Translations under genes and position numbers: made by a program
The notes under the pieces: generated by a model
The model's database searches: none
What the model was told of the DNA's origin: nothing
Seen by the model: the letters and a program-made list of their open reading frames with translations, nothing else
Virus record (IMG/VR): IMGVR_UViG_3300008116_000011
Location: 96,001 to 160,000 of that record
Length of the DNA stretch: 64,000 bases
Direction: 5' to 3' (one strand)
Source of the DNA: a virus
Part shown: in pieces, positions 37,001 to 46,836 of the stretch
Numbering within the stretch: position 1 is the stretch's first letter
Layout: every line of letters begins with the position of its first letter

Positions 37001-39271
37001 TGTAGGTGTTATTGTTGCTGTTGGTGTAATAGTCCTTGTTGGTGTAATACTAGGAGTTATTGTTACTGTTGGTGTGATTGTTGCTGTAGGTGTAATAGTC
37101 CGAGTTGGAGTAATACTTGGAGTAATTGTTACACTAGGAGTAACAGTACTTGAAGGTGTTACAGTAGGAGAAGCAGTTATTGATGGTGTTACAGTTACAC
37201 TAGGTGTAATTGTCCGTGTTGGCGTAATTGAAGGAGTTACAGTTGCTGTAGGAGTTATAGTAACAGATGGGGTTATAGTTGCTGTAGCTGTTATACTAGG
37301 GGTAATAGTAACAGACGGAGTTATAGTTCTTGTAGGTGTAATACTTGGAGTAACTGTAACTGAAGGTGTTACTGTTACTGAAGGAGTAATTGTAGATGTT
37401 GGTGTAATTGACGGTGTAATTGTAGCACTAGGAGTTATAGTTCTTGTAGGTGTAATACTAGGTGTTATTGTAGCTGATGGAGTTACAGTTACACTAGGTG
37501 TAATTGTGGCTGTTGGTGTAATAGATGGTGTTATAGTAACACTTGGAGTAATTGTTCTTGTTGGTGTAATTGATGGAGTAACAGTTACTGTAGGCGTAAC
37601 AGTTGAACTTGGAGTTACTGTAGGTGAAGCAGTTATAGATGGAGTAATGGTTACTGATGGTGTGATTGTTCTAGTTGGAGTAATACTTGGGGTAACTGTA
37701 ACTGAAGGTGTTATTGTTGCTGTTGGTGTTATTGTAGCTGATGGAGTGATAGTTCTTGTAGGGGTAATACTTGGTGTAATTGTAACACTAGGTGTAATTG
37801 TAGATGTTGGTGTTATTGTTACACTTGGTGTTATTGTTGCTGTTGGAGTAATACTTGGAGTAATAGTAGCACTTGGAGTTATAGTTCTTGTTGGTGTTAT
37901 ACTAGGAGTTACAGTTACACTAGGCGTAATTGTGCTTGTTGGTGTGATAGTAGCTGTTGGTGTAATTGTAGGTGTAACAGTTACAGATGGAGTTACAGTC
38001 CGAGTAGGTGTAATTGAAGGAGTAATTGTAGCACTAGGAGTTATAGTTGCTGTTGGTGTTATGGTAGCTGTTGGAGTAATTGATGGTGTTATAGTAACAC
38101 TTGGAGTAATAGTTCTAGTAGGTGTAATTGACGGAGTTATAGTTACACTAGGAGTAACTGTGCTTGAAGGAGTTATAGTTGGTGATGCTGTTATTGATGG
38201 TGTAATTGTAACGGAAGGGGTAACAGTAGAACTAGGAGTTATAGTTGGTGATGCTGTTATACTCGGAGTTACTGTTACAGAAGGAGTTACAGTACTAGAA
38301 GGTGTAATTGTTCTAGTAGGAGTAATACTCGGAGTTACTGTTACTGATGGTGTTATAGTTGAGCTTGGAGTAACAGTAGGAGAAGCCGTTATACTAGGTG
38401 TTACAGTTACACTAGGTGTAATTGTAGATGATGGAGTAATAGTTGGAGAAGCAGTAATTGAAGGTGTGATTGTAACTGTAGGAGTTACAGTTGCACTTGG
38501 AGTTACTGTTCTAGTAGGTGTTATTGATGGTGTTATAGTTGCAGATGGAGTAATCGTTACACTAGGTGTGATTGTAACAGAAGGAGTTATAGTCGATGTA
38601 GGTGTAATACTTGGAGTAACAGTTACAGATGGAGTAATTGTTACTGTTGGAGTAATAGTTGCACTAGGTGTAATTGTTCTAGTAGGTGTGATTGAAGGAG
38701 TAATAGTTACAGAAGGTGTAATAGTAACAGTTGGAGTAACAGTTACAGAAGGAGTTATGGTACTTGAAGGTGTAATAGAAGGAGTTATTGTAACAGAAGG
38801 AGTAACAGTACTAGATGGTGTAACGGTTCTAGTTGGTGTTATTGATGGAGTTATTGTAACAGATGGAGTAACAGTAGAACTAGGAGTAACAGTTCTTGTT
38901 GGTGTAATAGAAGGAGTTATTGTAACAGAAGGAGTAACAGTTCTTGAAGGAGTAACAGTTACAGAAGGTGTAATTGTTACAGATGGAGTAACTGTACGAG
39001 TTGGTGTGATAGTTGGAGTAATAGATGGAGTTACAGTTACAGAAGGAGTAACAGTTCTTGAAGGTGTTGGTGGAGGTGTAAATTGGTCATACCCATACCA
39101 GCTACTCAATCTAAAAGGAGCGCTAGAATCGGGTTGATAAGGTGAATATGGATTTAAAGGTACATATTCACCTAAAGATGCACTAGTTAGTGAAAATGGT
39201 GCTTGGGCGGGTACACCCAATTCATTTCTAACATCGTCAAGTGATATAGATCCTGTTAACTGTAACGGCAT
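34079..39271 (-). CDS. Giant Thr/Pro-repeat (mucin-like) virion fibre/adhesin with Gly-rich C-terminal domain
   Basis: N-terminal GSISLDDVRNELG; ~1100 aa of TP(S/T)x(T)(V/I) repeats; two homologous ~90-aa domains; Gly-rich tip (VGGGGGG...GAQGAVWVRY). Confidence 0.8.
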   Translation of the reverse strand: MPLQLTGSISLDDVRNELGVPAQAPFSLTSASLGEYVPLNPYSPYQPDSSAPFRLSSWYGYDQFTPPPTPSRTVTPSVTVTPSITPTITPTRTVTPSVTITPSVTVTPSRTVTPSVTITPSITPTRTVTPSSTVTPSVTITPSITPTRTVTPSSTVTPSVTITPSITPSSTITPSVTVTPTVTITPSVTITPSITPTRTITPSATITPTVTITPSVTVTPSITPTSTITPSVTITPSVTITPSATITPSITPTRTVTPSATVTPTVTITPSITASPTITPSSTITPSVTVTPSITASPTVTPSSTITPSVTVTPSITPTRTITPSSTVTPSVTVTPSITASPTITPSSTVTPSVTITPSITASPTITPSSTVTPSVTITPSITPTRTITPSVTITPSITPTATITPTATITPSATITPSITPTRTVTPSVTVTPTITPTATITPTSTITPSVTVTPSITPTRTITPSATITPSITPTATITPSVTITPTSTITPSVTITPSITPTRTITPSATITPTATITPSVTVTPSITPTRTITPSVTITPSITASPTVTPSSTVTPTVTVTPSITPTRTITPSVTITPSITPTATITPSVTVTPSATITPSITPTRTITPSATITPSITPTSTITPSVTVTPSVTVTPSITPTRTITPSVTITPSITATATITPSVTITPTATVTPSITPTRTITPSVTVTPSITASPTVTPSSTVTPSVTITPSITPTRTITPTATITPTVTITPSITPTRTITPTATITPTVTITPSITPTRTVTPSVTVTPSVTVTPSITATITPTRTVTPSSTITPSVTVTPSITPTRTVTPTASITPSITATPTITPSSTITPSVTVTPSVTITPTITATRTVTPTSTITPSITPTQTITPSATVTPTVTITPSITPTRTITPTVTITPSITASPTVTPSSTITPTVTITPSITATRTVTPTVTITPSITASPTVTPSSTVTPSVTITPSITPTRTVTPTVTITPSITSSPTVTPSSTVTPSATITPSITASPTVTPSSTITPTVTVTPSITPTRTITPSVTITPSITASPTVTPSSTITPTATITPSITATRTVTPTATITPSITATRTVTPTASITPTITPTRTITPSATITPSITPTRTITPTQTITPSITATRTITPTATITPTRTVTPTRTVTITPSITPSAINTNPVCVAGGGTTGGNGTYTYSGFLLNNRPRYGNGKTFPEDVIIYWTGTQWEIYSTGFVLVYYFSTDNVEYPWQVTTWQVGCCSAPVPTVTEGACVSPSPTPTATVTPTITPTRTITPTATITPTATPTRTATPTPSSENTNPACVAGAGTTALNGTYTYLGFQTYESANGLYRVYFNNQVSNWQIRDKDVPLTLYYASSDQVQYPWQVTTWTAINGATPVPTITEGSCVGATPTPTATITPTITPTVTITPTRTITPSATITPSITPTRTITPTQTITPTRTITPTATPTRTITPSGGGGAPTFTTQSFTTVGSSSFTVPTGVTELYVVCVGGGGGGAGSDGNRNQGNTGGGGGALGWATLTVTPSESLTIIVGNGGTSTNGGNGTAGGFSQLKRGATTIINATGGLGGVERTTAARAGGTYTIDAGSVLTSGGGNGGSGGGATDNNSGGGGGGAGGYSGNGGNGGNGGAGANGAGGGGGGGGATTSGQGYGGGGVRFATAAGTNGTGGALNAVGTGGTGGNNGTQGAGGIYGAGGGARDDDSAGAGCTGAQGAVWVRYQNP
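35775..39075 (-). repeat. Degenerate 12/18-bp coding repeats (TPSITPTRTI / TPSVTI units)
   Basis: Near-perfect protein-level repeats with varied synonymous codons. Confidence 0.9.
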
Positions 39272-39315
39272 TACTGATTTAAACGTTTAATCAGTAATAA
39301 ATATTTGTTATCTAG

Positions 39316-39549
39316 TTATTTAAGCCATTTGTTTTCAGGACATGACTCTTTATCTTCCGCAAATATTTTTTTATTTAGTGGACATCCACATAAATTACAG
39401 TAATAAAAATCAATAAGTGTAGTATTTTGCTTACGATGCTCACAACCATTACATATTTCGGCTCTATGTTTAGCTTTTTCAAGAGCCTCAGGACTAGGAT
39501 TAGCTGCTGTTATCCAAGCATTTGCTATTTCTTTGAATTTTTTAAACAT
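39316..39549 (-). CDS. Cys-rich small protein
   Basis: R..ICNGC, CNLCGCPL..K, CPENKW; promoter TTTGG-N19-TATATTAA at 39553-39584. Confidence 0.7.
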   Translation of the reverse strand: MFKKFKEIANAWITAANPSPEALEKAKHRAEICNGCEHRKQNTTLIDFYYCNLCGCPLNKKIFAEDKESCPENKWLK

Positions 39550-39588
39550 AATTTAATATAATAACTTTTTGTAAAATAACCAAATTTT

Positions 39589-40464
39589 TTACAGATTTCC
39601 TGCTCTTATATTGTTAATATTTTTAACTACTTCGTTTGTAATAGAAACAGTAGATTTAGAAAAGAATTGACGTTTACCATTTGTAGCTAAATCTTTATTC
39701 ATATTATCAGGAATAATATAACCATATAAAGTTATACTCATATTTGTTCTTGCAACACGTTGTTCATTTACAGAATATTCAGCTGTTGAATCAAATCTGT
39801 CTATGTATGTTCTAAATTGAAATCTATTTTTATCTCCCCAATATGAATCAGAAGCAAATTCTATTGATTCAATTATCTTATTATTTTCCTGCATGTAATT
39901 TGTAAATACAATACAATCATATGTCAAGTTAATATAATCAGGGACTGGGGTTAGATAGAATTTATCAGAGGGAATCCAGTTATTTAGTATATCAAAAGGA
40001 GTATATTGATTTTGTTGGTTATATCTTGCTTTGGAAACAGCAAAATTATTTACATTATTACCATCTAATTTATTAGCTAATGTTCTATTTTTTTCAAATC
40101 CTGTTCTCCTTATCATAATGATAGGATACATGATCTTACCGTTTTTATCCCTCCAATATCCATCTTGTTGAACAGAAACCCAACGTTCTTGAGAACCATA
40201 ACTTACAGGAACATTAAATTTATTACCATTTTGAATTACAGTAGGTTTAATTACATTATTAAAATAATAAAATACAGCTTCATCTATGTCTTGTAACCCA
40301 ATAGTAAATGGTTTAATATCATTTTCGATATCAACCGAAATTTGATTTGCACGAGTGATTTTTTCCTCAGGCAAAAAAGGTTGAGTTCCAGGAATATAAG
40401 GATCAATTTGATCTCTTACTCTTTCAGCTGGTGTATTTGGTAGTATGGGTAGTTGTCTTGGCAT
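39589..40464 (-). CDS. Tail terminator / sheath stabiliser (gp15-like)
   Basis: VPVSYGSQERW, PDYINLTY; position after the neck genes. Confidence 0.65.
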   Translation of the reverse strand: MPRQLPILPNTPAERVRDQIDPYIPGTQPFLPEEKITRANQISVDIENDIKPFTIGLQDIDEAVFYYFNNVIKPTVIQNGNKFNVPVSYGSQERWVSVQQDGYWRDKNGKIMYPIIMIRRTGFEKNRTLANKLDGNNVNNFAVSKARYNQQNQYTPFDILNNWIPSDKFYLTPVPDYINLTYDCIVFTNYMQENNKIIESIEFASDSYWGDKNRFQFRTYIDRFDSTAEYSVNEQRVARTNMSITLYGYIIPDNMNKDLATNGKRQFFSKSTVSITNEVVKNINNIRAGNL

Positions 40465-40961
40465 TATCTAGATTGAGTTATACCTAATAGTTCAGGAGAA
40501 ACATAATGAGCAAAGCATATAATAGAAAAACTAGCACCAAAATTATCTAGGTATTCACCTCCATAATTGTATTGAGGTACTTTACCTACTATATCTTGAT
40601 TTTCGTTTACTAAATTTACTTCATAATAATCATTATTCCATAATATAATATCACCTATTTGAGGTACTACATTTTGTAATACTAAATCACTACGCAAAAA
40701 TCTAAATCCAAAATTTCTTGTAATATCAGGACCTAAACTATCATAATTACCTTCATAATCTCCTCTATCAATTAAACATTGAATCAATACAGGAGGAAGA
40801 TACATTTTAGTACCGTTAGCAGCTTCACCATAAACATTTTGAGGAGTTTCTTGTAGTGATATTTGATAATATCCTACATTTTGCTCAATAATGTTATGTA
40901 TCAACTCAGTGTTGATAACATGAAAAAATGAAATATCGCGAGCGCTACCGTATAAAGCCAT
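40464..40961 (-). CDS. Head closure / neck protein (gp14-like)
   Basis: NVYGEA, PQIGDIILWNNDYYEV. Confidence 0.65.
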   Translation of the reverse strand: MALYGSARDISFFHVINTELIHNIIEQNVGYYQISLQETPQNVYGEAANGTKMYLPPVLIQCLIDRGDYEGNYDSLGPDITRNFGFRFLRSDLVLQNVVPQIGDIILWNNDYYEVNLVNENQDIVGKVPQYNYGGEYLDNFGASFSIICFAHYVSPELLGITQSR

Positions 40962-40963
40962 TA

Positions 40964-41296
40964 TTAGTAATTTCTGATTTTTAATAATGTTTTTGTTCTA
41001 ACATAAAACTTTAATAGTCCTGGTATTTTTAAAGCTTCATGTTTGATCATTTTGATAGTATTTATAGCATTACCTTCAGAAATAAATTTTATTTCTAATA
41101 AGGTATATTTGTAATCATCCGTTGAAGTAGCATCTAATTTTTCAGTATCAATTACTTTAACTACAACTACATCTCTAATACCACGAATTTGATTATATAT
41201 TTCTGTAAAGTTAAAGTCGGTTCTCATTTTGATAACTACTTGTACAAAGTATGTTTCAAATGTCGCTTCGTTTAATATAGTTTGTAATGATATCAT
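40964..41296 (-). CDS. Hypothetical protein with MISLQTILNEA leader
   Basis: Between the neck genes; leader as in 11759 and 54481. Confidence 0.6.
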   Translation of the reverse strand: MISLQTILNEATFETYFVQVVIKMRTDFNFTEIYNQIRGIRDVVVVKVIDTEKLDATSTDDYKYTLLEIKFISEGNAINTIKMIKHEALKIPGLLKFYVRTKTLLKIRNY

Positions 41297-41297
41297 T

Positions 41298-42470
41298 TTA
41301 AAATATGTAAAAACCCATTGGTACGTTAGCTAATGTTTTATTTAAATTATCAGCATTTGCTGCTTGTTTTTCAAGTTGTTTTTGCCTTCCAGTTTCTGAT
41401 AGTGTTTCTCTTAATTGTAGTAATAATGCTTCTTTTGTTGATCTAGCATCTGTAAGTAAGTCTTGTTGGTTAAGAGTAACTTCAGATCCAGGAATAGGTA
41501 CTGTTGAATATTTACCTCTTACATATCCTAAAATTTCACGACACAATGCTAGTGTATATTGATAAATCCACATTCTACCTATTGAATTAATATAATTGTA
41601 ATTTGGATTACAATAAGGTACATTTGATGGATTTGTAATAAGATTTGTTTGAGCAGATCCACTTGCATTTCTTCCTCCAACAACACTATCTCTTTCACTT
41701 CCTTTGACATATTGAATCCATAAATTATATTCAATTAAAGGAATAGGGAATATTTTAAGTTGATTATTTATAATTTCAAAAGAAAATGCTGCTTTTCTAA
41801 TTTGATCATTTAATTCAATTGCTTGAATCCTTTGTAGGTCAAAAAACAAAGGCATCAATAAAAATGTGATAGCAGGTGAATAAGCACCAAATCCAAAGCT
41901 ATTAAGTAAACCTTCATAGCTATATCCTATACCAACATATGGATCAAAATATCTTAAAGCCGCTGGAGGAGCTTCAAAAAATACTCTTTTTACTTCAATA
42001 TAATCTCCAGGAGCTAATGAGGCTGATTGTTGTGCCCATTTATTTAAATCATATGATTGGGTTCCAGGCATCATTTTAACAGCGCCACTATACCATGTAA
42101 CATCACCACCAACACCTGCTTCTTCACCATAATCAGATGCAATTCTAACCATTCCTCCAAGTGAAGGAGTCATTAGTAATTGATTAAATGGACCTGAACC
42201 TGTCGGGTTACCTTCCATAGAGAGCATATTCTCTCTAACTTGAAATTGATAAATTTCATTACCATATACAGTAACAGCTTCTTCAAAAGCAGTATATATT
42301 TGAACTGGTTGTAATTCTACAACTTCAATAGGCCATCCTAGTCGCCTTGTAACAAAAGTTACAACAGCGTCGGCATCTACTTGAAAATCATATTGATAAT
42401 CGTAGAAACCAAAGGCAGTATCCCCAGGAAAAAACGAGGAACTACCAGCATATACAGGAATATTGGCCAT
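41298..42470 (-). CDS. Neck/adaptor protein (gp13-like)
   Basis: RRLGWPIEVVEL, WIYQYTLALCREILG..RGKY..IPG..VTLN. Confidence 0.8.
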   Translation of the reverse strand: MANIPVYAGSSSFFPGDTAFGFYDYQYDFQVDADAVVTFVTRRLGWPIEVVELQPVQIYTAFEEAVTVYGNEIYQFQVRENMLSMEGNPTGSGPFNQLLMTPSLGGMVRIASDYGEEAGVGGDVTWYSGAVKMMPGTQSYDLNKWAQQSASLAPGDYIEVKRVFFEAPPAALRYFDPYVGIGYSYEGLLNSFGFGAYSPAITFLLMPLFFDLQRIQAIELNDQIRKAAFSFEIINNQLKIFPIPLIEYNLWIQYVKGSERDSVVGGRNASGSAQTNLITNPSNVPYCNPNYNYINSIGRMWIYQYTLALCREILGYVRGKYSTVPIPGSEVTLNQQDLLTDARSTKEALLLQLRETLSETGRQKQLEKQAANADNLNKTLANVPMGFYIF

Positions 42471-42498
42471 CTATTTGTATTTTGATATAAATATTAAA

Positions 42499-45400
42499 TT
42501 ACTCTGGTTTATTTTTTGGTTTGGTTTTGCGAGTTTTTTTAGGTTTTTCAATACCTTTAAGCTCATTTATTTCGTCTTTAAGTTCCTTAATACATTGTAT
42601 GAGGAAAGGAACTAATTTTTCATATTTTACTGCTTTATATCCACTATCTCTAGTTGTTACTACTTCAGGTAATATTTCTTCAATTTCTTGAGCTATAACT
42701 CCTATATCACGACCTCTAAATCCATGTACTGCTACTAAATTATCATCATCTTTCCAATTAAAGGTATAGCCGTGTATATTATCTAATTTGTATAAAGCAT
42801 TAGTAATAGGTTTAAGATTTTCTTTAAGCGCCTTATCAGAAGTAGAGAATGCTACAACATCATTTGAGGCATCAATTCTACCTACAACAGCAGATCCTGT
42901 TGTGCCTACACCTAATGAACCTGTAATTGTTACACTTTGACTTAATGTAGTGACATAAGAAGCACTAGTAGCAAAGCTAGCAGTTCCAAATAATGAACTT
43001 GTTATAGAAGTAGCGGAAATATTATCTACATTATACAAATCATTCCCTCCAAGACCTAAATCTCCAGACATTTCTCTTCCACCATCAACTAACAAATATT
43101 GAGGATGATCATCTGCTTCTAATCCTAATAAATTGCCGTGCAAAGTAACAACACCAGTTCTTGATGGTGATGCAAAACCAAGTCTAGGTCTTTCATCAAC
43201 TATTATTTGTAAACTTGCACTATCTGGAGTTACAACTATTGAAGAAAATAATGCAAATTGATCTATTAGAAAAGAAGGAGGAGTAGGTAATTCACCTGAT
43301 TCAGCAGCTTCAGCATTATCATATAATGTTTGTCCATAAACTAAAACATATTTAGTTTCTGGAGCTCCCATCATATATAGGGAATGCTTTGTATATGAGC
43401 CTGAAGGGATAATTTGTAGTACACCTGAGCTAGCACTGTCATAATATATATTACTAGCTGTAACCTGGTTAGATACTCTAGCAAATCCAGATCCTCCTGT
43501 TCCTGTTCCTGCTGATCCACTTCTGTAGTATGCATCAAAAGTTATTGGAGTTGCTCCTGTTGTTGTAATTCTATGTTCAGAGTAAAAATAAGTTGCTGAT
43601 GTTACATTTAATGTTCTAGGAGTGGTACCTTCTGTGGTTATGCCACCATTTTGGAATATAGGACCTAAGGCATCTCTAAACATTCTATCTATAAAGTTAG
43701 AATAATGGTGAGCATCTAAAGGTGTCCTATCTATGTAAATAATAGAAGAACTATCAGTTATTATTCTTCCTAAAGGTACATTAAATCTAGAGTTTGGTTC
43801 AGTTGCTGATGATGTTAAAACGCCAGAACTGTTATAATATATGTATCTGTCAGAGTTGGTAGGTAAAGTTATTTGTCTAGAAACATCACTTGTTCCTCTA
43901 GTGTTTATTTTTAATAAATTGTGGTTAGGATAATTTCCTGTAGTCATTACATATCCAACAGATTCTGCTACTTGAATAGTTAATGCACTAGCAGTTGTTA
44001 GAGTTCCCCCGTCTATTATACCCATAGTACCACCAAACGAAATAAGATCTCCTATTTCTGTTTGTGCTGCTGTTGGTGTTCTAACCCAATCTATACCTCC
44101 ATATAATACAACAGAAGCCGTACCTATACCAGCACCTCCACTAGGATATAATAATATATTACCTCCAGGATTTGCTATCATACTTGATGTTACAGATCCT
44201 GATACGCTTAATGAAAATGAAGATGTTGATGCAAACGAAGCACTTAAAGCTTGTGTTGCATAAGAAGAACTTATTGCATTTAAAACATACGATGCTGTGC
44301 TAGCATTTAATGCTTGAGTAGCATAAGAAGCAGTTCCAAACAATGAGCCTGTAATAGATCCTGTAACTATTAGTTTACCAGGTATAGAAACGGTTGTACC
44401 ATCATCAGATATTTGAGAATCTCCAATATGTTCTCCACTGGCTTCTGAATATCCTTTTGTAAGCCTATTAAATGTTATTTGAGTTTCATTACCTTGATTA
44501 TTATAGGTTTCAGGACCCATAATACCAATAGAACTAGTTAATGCTGATCCTACTGTTTGTTGGTGGAGAAATATCCATCTATTTTGTTGAGAATCAAATA
44601 ACCAAGAACCAGAAACTTGAGGTGATGATCCTGAGTCTATAACTGCTAAACCACCAAAACGAACTGATGGAGTATTAGAGTTTACTGTTATAAGATTAGT
44701 TCCTATATTAAGTGTAGATTCACTTACATATGTAATAGAGGCAGATCCAAATACAGTTAAATTTTGATATATAGTTAAACTACCAGAAATGATAGCATTA
44801 TTTTGTACATAAAAACTATCAGCATATGATGATGTAGCACCATATGATGAGCTTAAAGCTTGAGAAGCATATGATGAACTTAAAGCTTGTGTTGCATAAG
44901 ATGCTGTTCCAAATAATGAACCAGTAAATCCACCATTAATAGATGTTAATGAACCTGTTAATCCATAAGAACCAGTTAATTGTTTGGAGTTAATCCAAAC
45001 ACTACCACTTTTAACTAATAAATCACCGTATGAAGAACTAGTTGTATTATCAATTACGTCATGTAATTCACCTAATTCATATCCATTATCTATTTTTACA
45101 TAAATAGACCCTACAGTAGTACTTACTCTTTCTACATAACCTAATCTTACCCCATGGGCTGGGGCTGTAGGAGGTGTTTGAGTATATGTACCAGGAGTTG
45201 TACCTAAAAATACTAATTGACCTCCTACTAATCCATTCGTATTTAATCCTCTTAAAGTACCTTCAGTCATTACCCAACCTTCAGCACCCTGAGCTATTGT
45301 TTCAGCTACAAATCCTAATGTATTAGCTGAACCTTGTTCAGCAGTAGCTGAAGCTAATTTAACAGCTATTCTATTACCTTGTGATCCTGAAACATATACT

Positions 45401-46734
45401 GTTTGGCCTTTAGATAAAGATGATGTTGTGGCATTATAAACATATTGATAAAGATCGGTACCAATTTTTAAATTAATATTTCCACCTGCTAATCCAAATG
45501 TTAATGTTCCTTCACCACTATCATAACCTAATCTAGCAACAGCATTAGCAAATGAAGCGCTAGTATCAAAATCAATATAATTAACGTCTTCAATTGCTCC
45601 TGATACTATAATGTTTATAGCATATGATGCTGTTTGAGCATATGATGCACTTAAAATACTATTTGATCCATAAGGACCAAACACATTAGAACCCGTTATA
45701 AACGATGAAGTTATTGCGTGAGAAGCAGATACAGCAAATGATGCTGTACCAAATAAACTGCCTGTAAATCCTTGAGTTGCAGTTACAGAACCTGTTATTG
45801 TTAATCCATTTGTGTATCTACCTGATCCACTAACATCGAAGTTAAATTCTGGATTTGGTTGGTTAATACCAACTTTACCATTTACTGATCCTGAATAAGG
45901 GTCAGATACTATGTTAGAATATGAACCTGTTGCAAATATAATACCTCCTAAATTTATAGAATCACGTCTACTATCTTCTAATGTAATATTTGTACCAATA
46001 ATAATATTATTAGAACCTATACCATTAGGATCTGAAGCTATATTGCCTACATTATAACCTAATAATGTAGAATAAGATGCATTGTATGCACCATAACCCG
46101 CAAATGATCCTAAAAAATTAGAATATACAGCATCGATTGCTCCGTAACCTGCTAAGTTACCTATAAAGTTTGATTGTGAAGCATTTGTAGCACTGAAACC
46201 TGCTAAAGTTCCTATAAAGTTTGATTTCTTTGCATTGATAGCTCCATATCCTACAGAGTTTCCTATAAAGTTTGCGTCACTAGCACTGTACGCTGTGTTA
46301 CCTGCATAGTAACCAATAAAGTTAGAACTTGTTGCTTCATTAGCACCTTCACCAGCTTGACGACCTATAAAGTTAGACCAGTATGCATTTGTTGCATTAA
46401 AACCAGCATAGTAACCTATAAAGTTAGAAGCATCTGCATTTGTTGCAATGTATCCAGCAAAATTACCTAAGAATATAGATCTGTTTGCATTAGTAGAATT
46501 ATATCCTGCATCAACACCTAATATAATACTACTGTCGTTATTATATCCTGTATTCTCAGGTGAGATAGCAGAGTAGATAGTACTTCCGGTTATTGCTATA
46601 GGATAGGAAGAACTGACTGTATTAGATGCCCAACTGGCTGTGCCAAATAAAGAACCGGTTATACCATTAGCTACAGTAAGAGAGTTTAGGCTAGCGTTCG
46701 AGCCTGATACAATGACTTTTTTCCAGTTTGGCAT
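42499..46734 (-). CDS. Long tail fibre with C-terminal peptidase S74 intramolecular chaperone
   Basis: TGSLFGTASYA repeats; 14-aa SNFIGxxAG repeats; SDKALKEN..GVIAQEIEEILPEVV..VKYEKLVPFLI. Start taken as MPNWKK (46734). Confidence 0.85.
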   Translation of the reverse strand: MPNWKKVIVSGSNASLNSLTVANGITGSLFGTASWASNTVSSSYPIAITGSTIYSAISPENTGYNNDSSIILGVDAGYNSTNANRSIFLGNFAGYIATNADASNFIGYYAGFNATNAYWSNFIGRQAGEGANEATSSNFIGYYAGNTAYSASDANFIGNSVGYGAINAKKSNFIGTLAGFSATNASQSNFIGNLAGYGAIDAVYSNFLGSFAGYGAYNASYSTLLGYNVGNIASDPNGIGSNNIIIGTNITLEDSRRDSINLGGIIFATGSYSNIVSDPYSGSVNGKVGINQPNPEFNFDVSGSGRYTNGLTITGSVTATQGFTGSLFGTASFAVSASHAITSSFITGSNVFGPYGSNSILSASYAQTASYAINIIVSGAIEDVNYIDFDTSASFANAVARLGYDSGEGTLTFGLAGGNINLKIGTDLYQYVYNATTSSLSKGQTVYVSGSQGNRIAVKLASATAEQGSANTLGFVAETIAQGAEGWVMTEGTLRGLNTNGLVGGQLVFLGTTPGTYTQTPPTAPAHGVRLGYVERVSTTVGSIYVKIDNGYELGELHDVIDNTTSSSYGDLLVKSGSVWINSKQLTGSYGLTGSLTSINGGFTGSLFGTASYATQALSSSYASQALSSSYGATSSYADSFYVQNNAIISGSLTIYQNLTVFGSASITYVSESTLNIGTNLITVNSNTPSVRFGGLAVIDSGSSPQVSGSWLFDSQQNRWIFLHQQTVGSALTSSIGIMGPETYNNQGNETQITFNRLTKGYSEASGEHIGDSQISDDGTTVSIPGKLIVTGSITGSLFGTASYATQALNASTASYVLNAISSSYATQALSASFASTSSFSLSVSGSVTSSMIANPGGNILLYPSGGAGIGTASVVLYGGIDWVRTPTAAQTEIGDLISFGGTMGIIDGGTLTTASALTIQVAESVGYVMTTGNYPNHNLLKINTRGTSDVSRQITLPTNSDRYIYYNSSGVLTSSATEPNSRFNVPLGRIITDSSSIIYIDRTPLDAHHYSNFIDRMFRDALGPIFQNGGITTEGTTPRTLNVTSATYFYSEHRITTTGATPITFDAYYRSGSAGTGTGGSGFARVSNQVTASNIYYDSASSGVLQIIPSGSYTKHSLYMMGAPETKYVLVYGQTLYDNAEAAESGELPTPPSFLIDQFALFSSIVVTPDSASLQIIVDERPRLGFASPSRTGVVTLHGNLLGLEADDHPQYLLVDGGREMSGDLGLGGNDLYNVDNISATSITSSLFGTASFATSASYVTTLSQSVTITGSLGVGTTGSAVVGRIDASNDVVAFSTSDKALKENLKPITNALYKLDNIHGYTFNWKDDDNLVAVHGFRGRDIGVIAQEIEEILPEVVTTRDSGYKAVKYEKLVPFLIQCIKELKDEINELKGIEKPKKTRKTKPKNKPE

Positions 46735-46752
46735 ATCAATTATTTTATTTGA

Positions 46753-46814
46753 ATTGCGGTTAGATACATACACTTATGCCGTGTATATGCCTACTTCCCC
46801 TAGGGGCCAGCAAT
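46753..46814 (-). promoter_or_regulatory. Structured 5' leader (possible cis-regulatory RNA)
   Basis: Closing stem ATTGCTGG/CCGCAAT with two internal hairpins, between the promoter at 46822-46829 and the fibre ATG. Confidence 0.45.
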
Positions 46815-46836
46815 ATTCTATAATAAATATGCTAAA

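Noticed and set aside
36216-39137. Long + strand ORFs (793 aa and 143 aa) of G/V/I/T repeats
   Set aside because: Antisense shadows of the Thr/Pro repeat gene: its codons rarely produce stops on the opposite strand. No promoter or context supports them.
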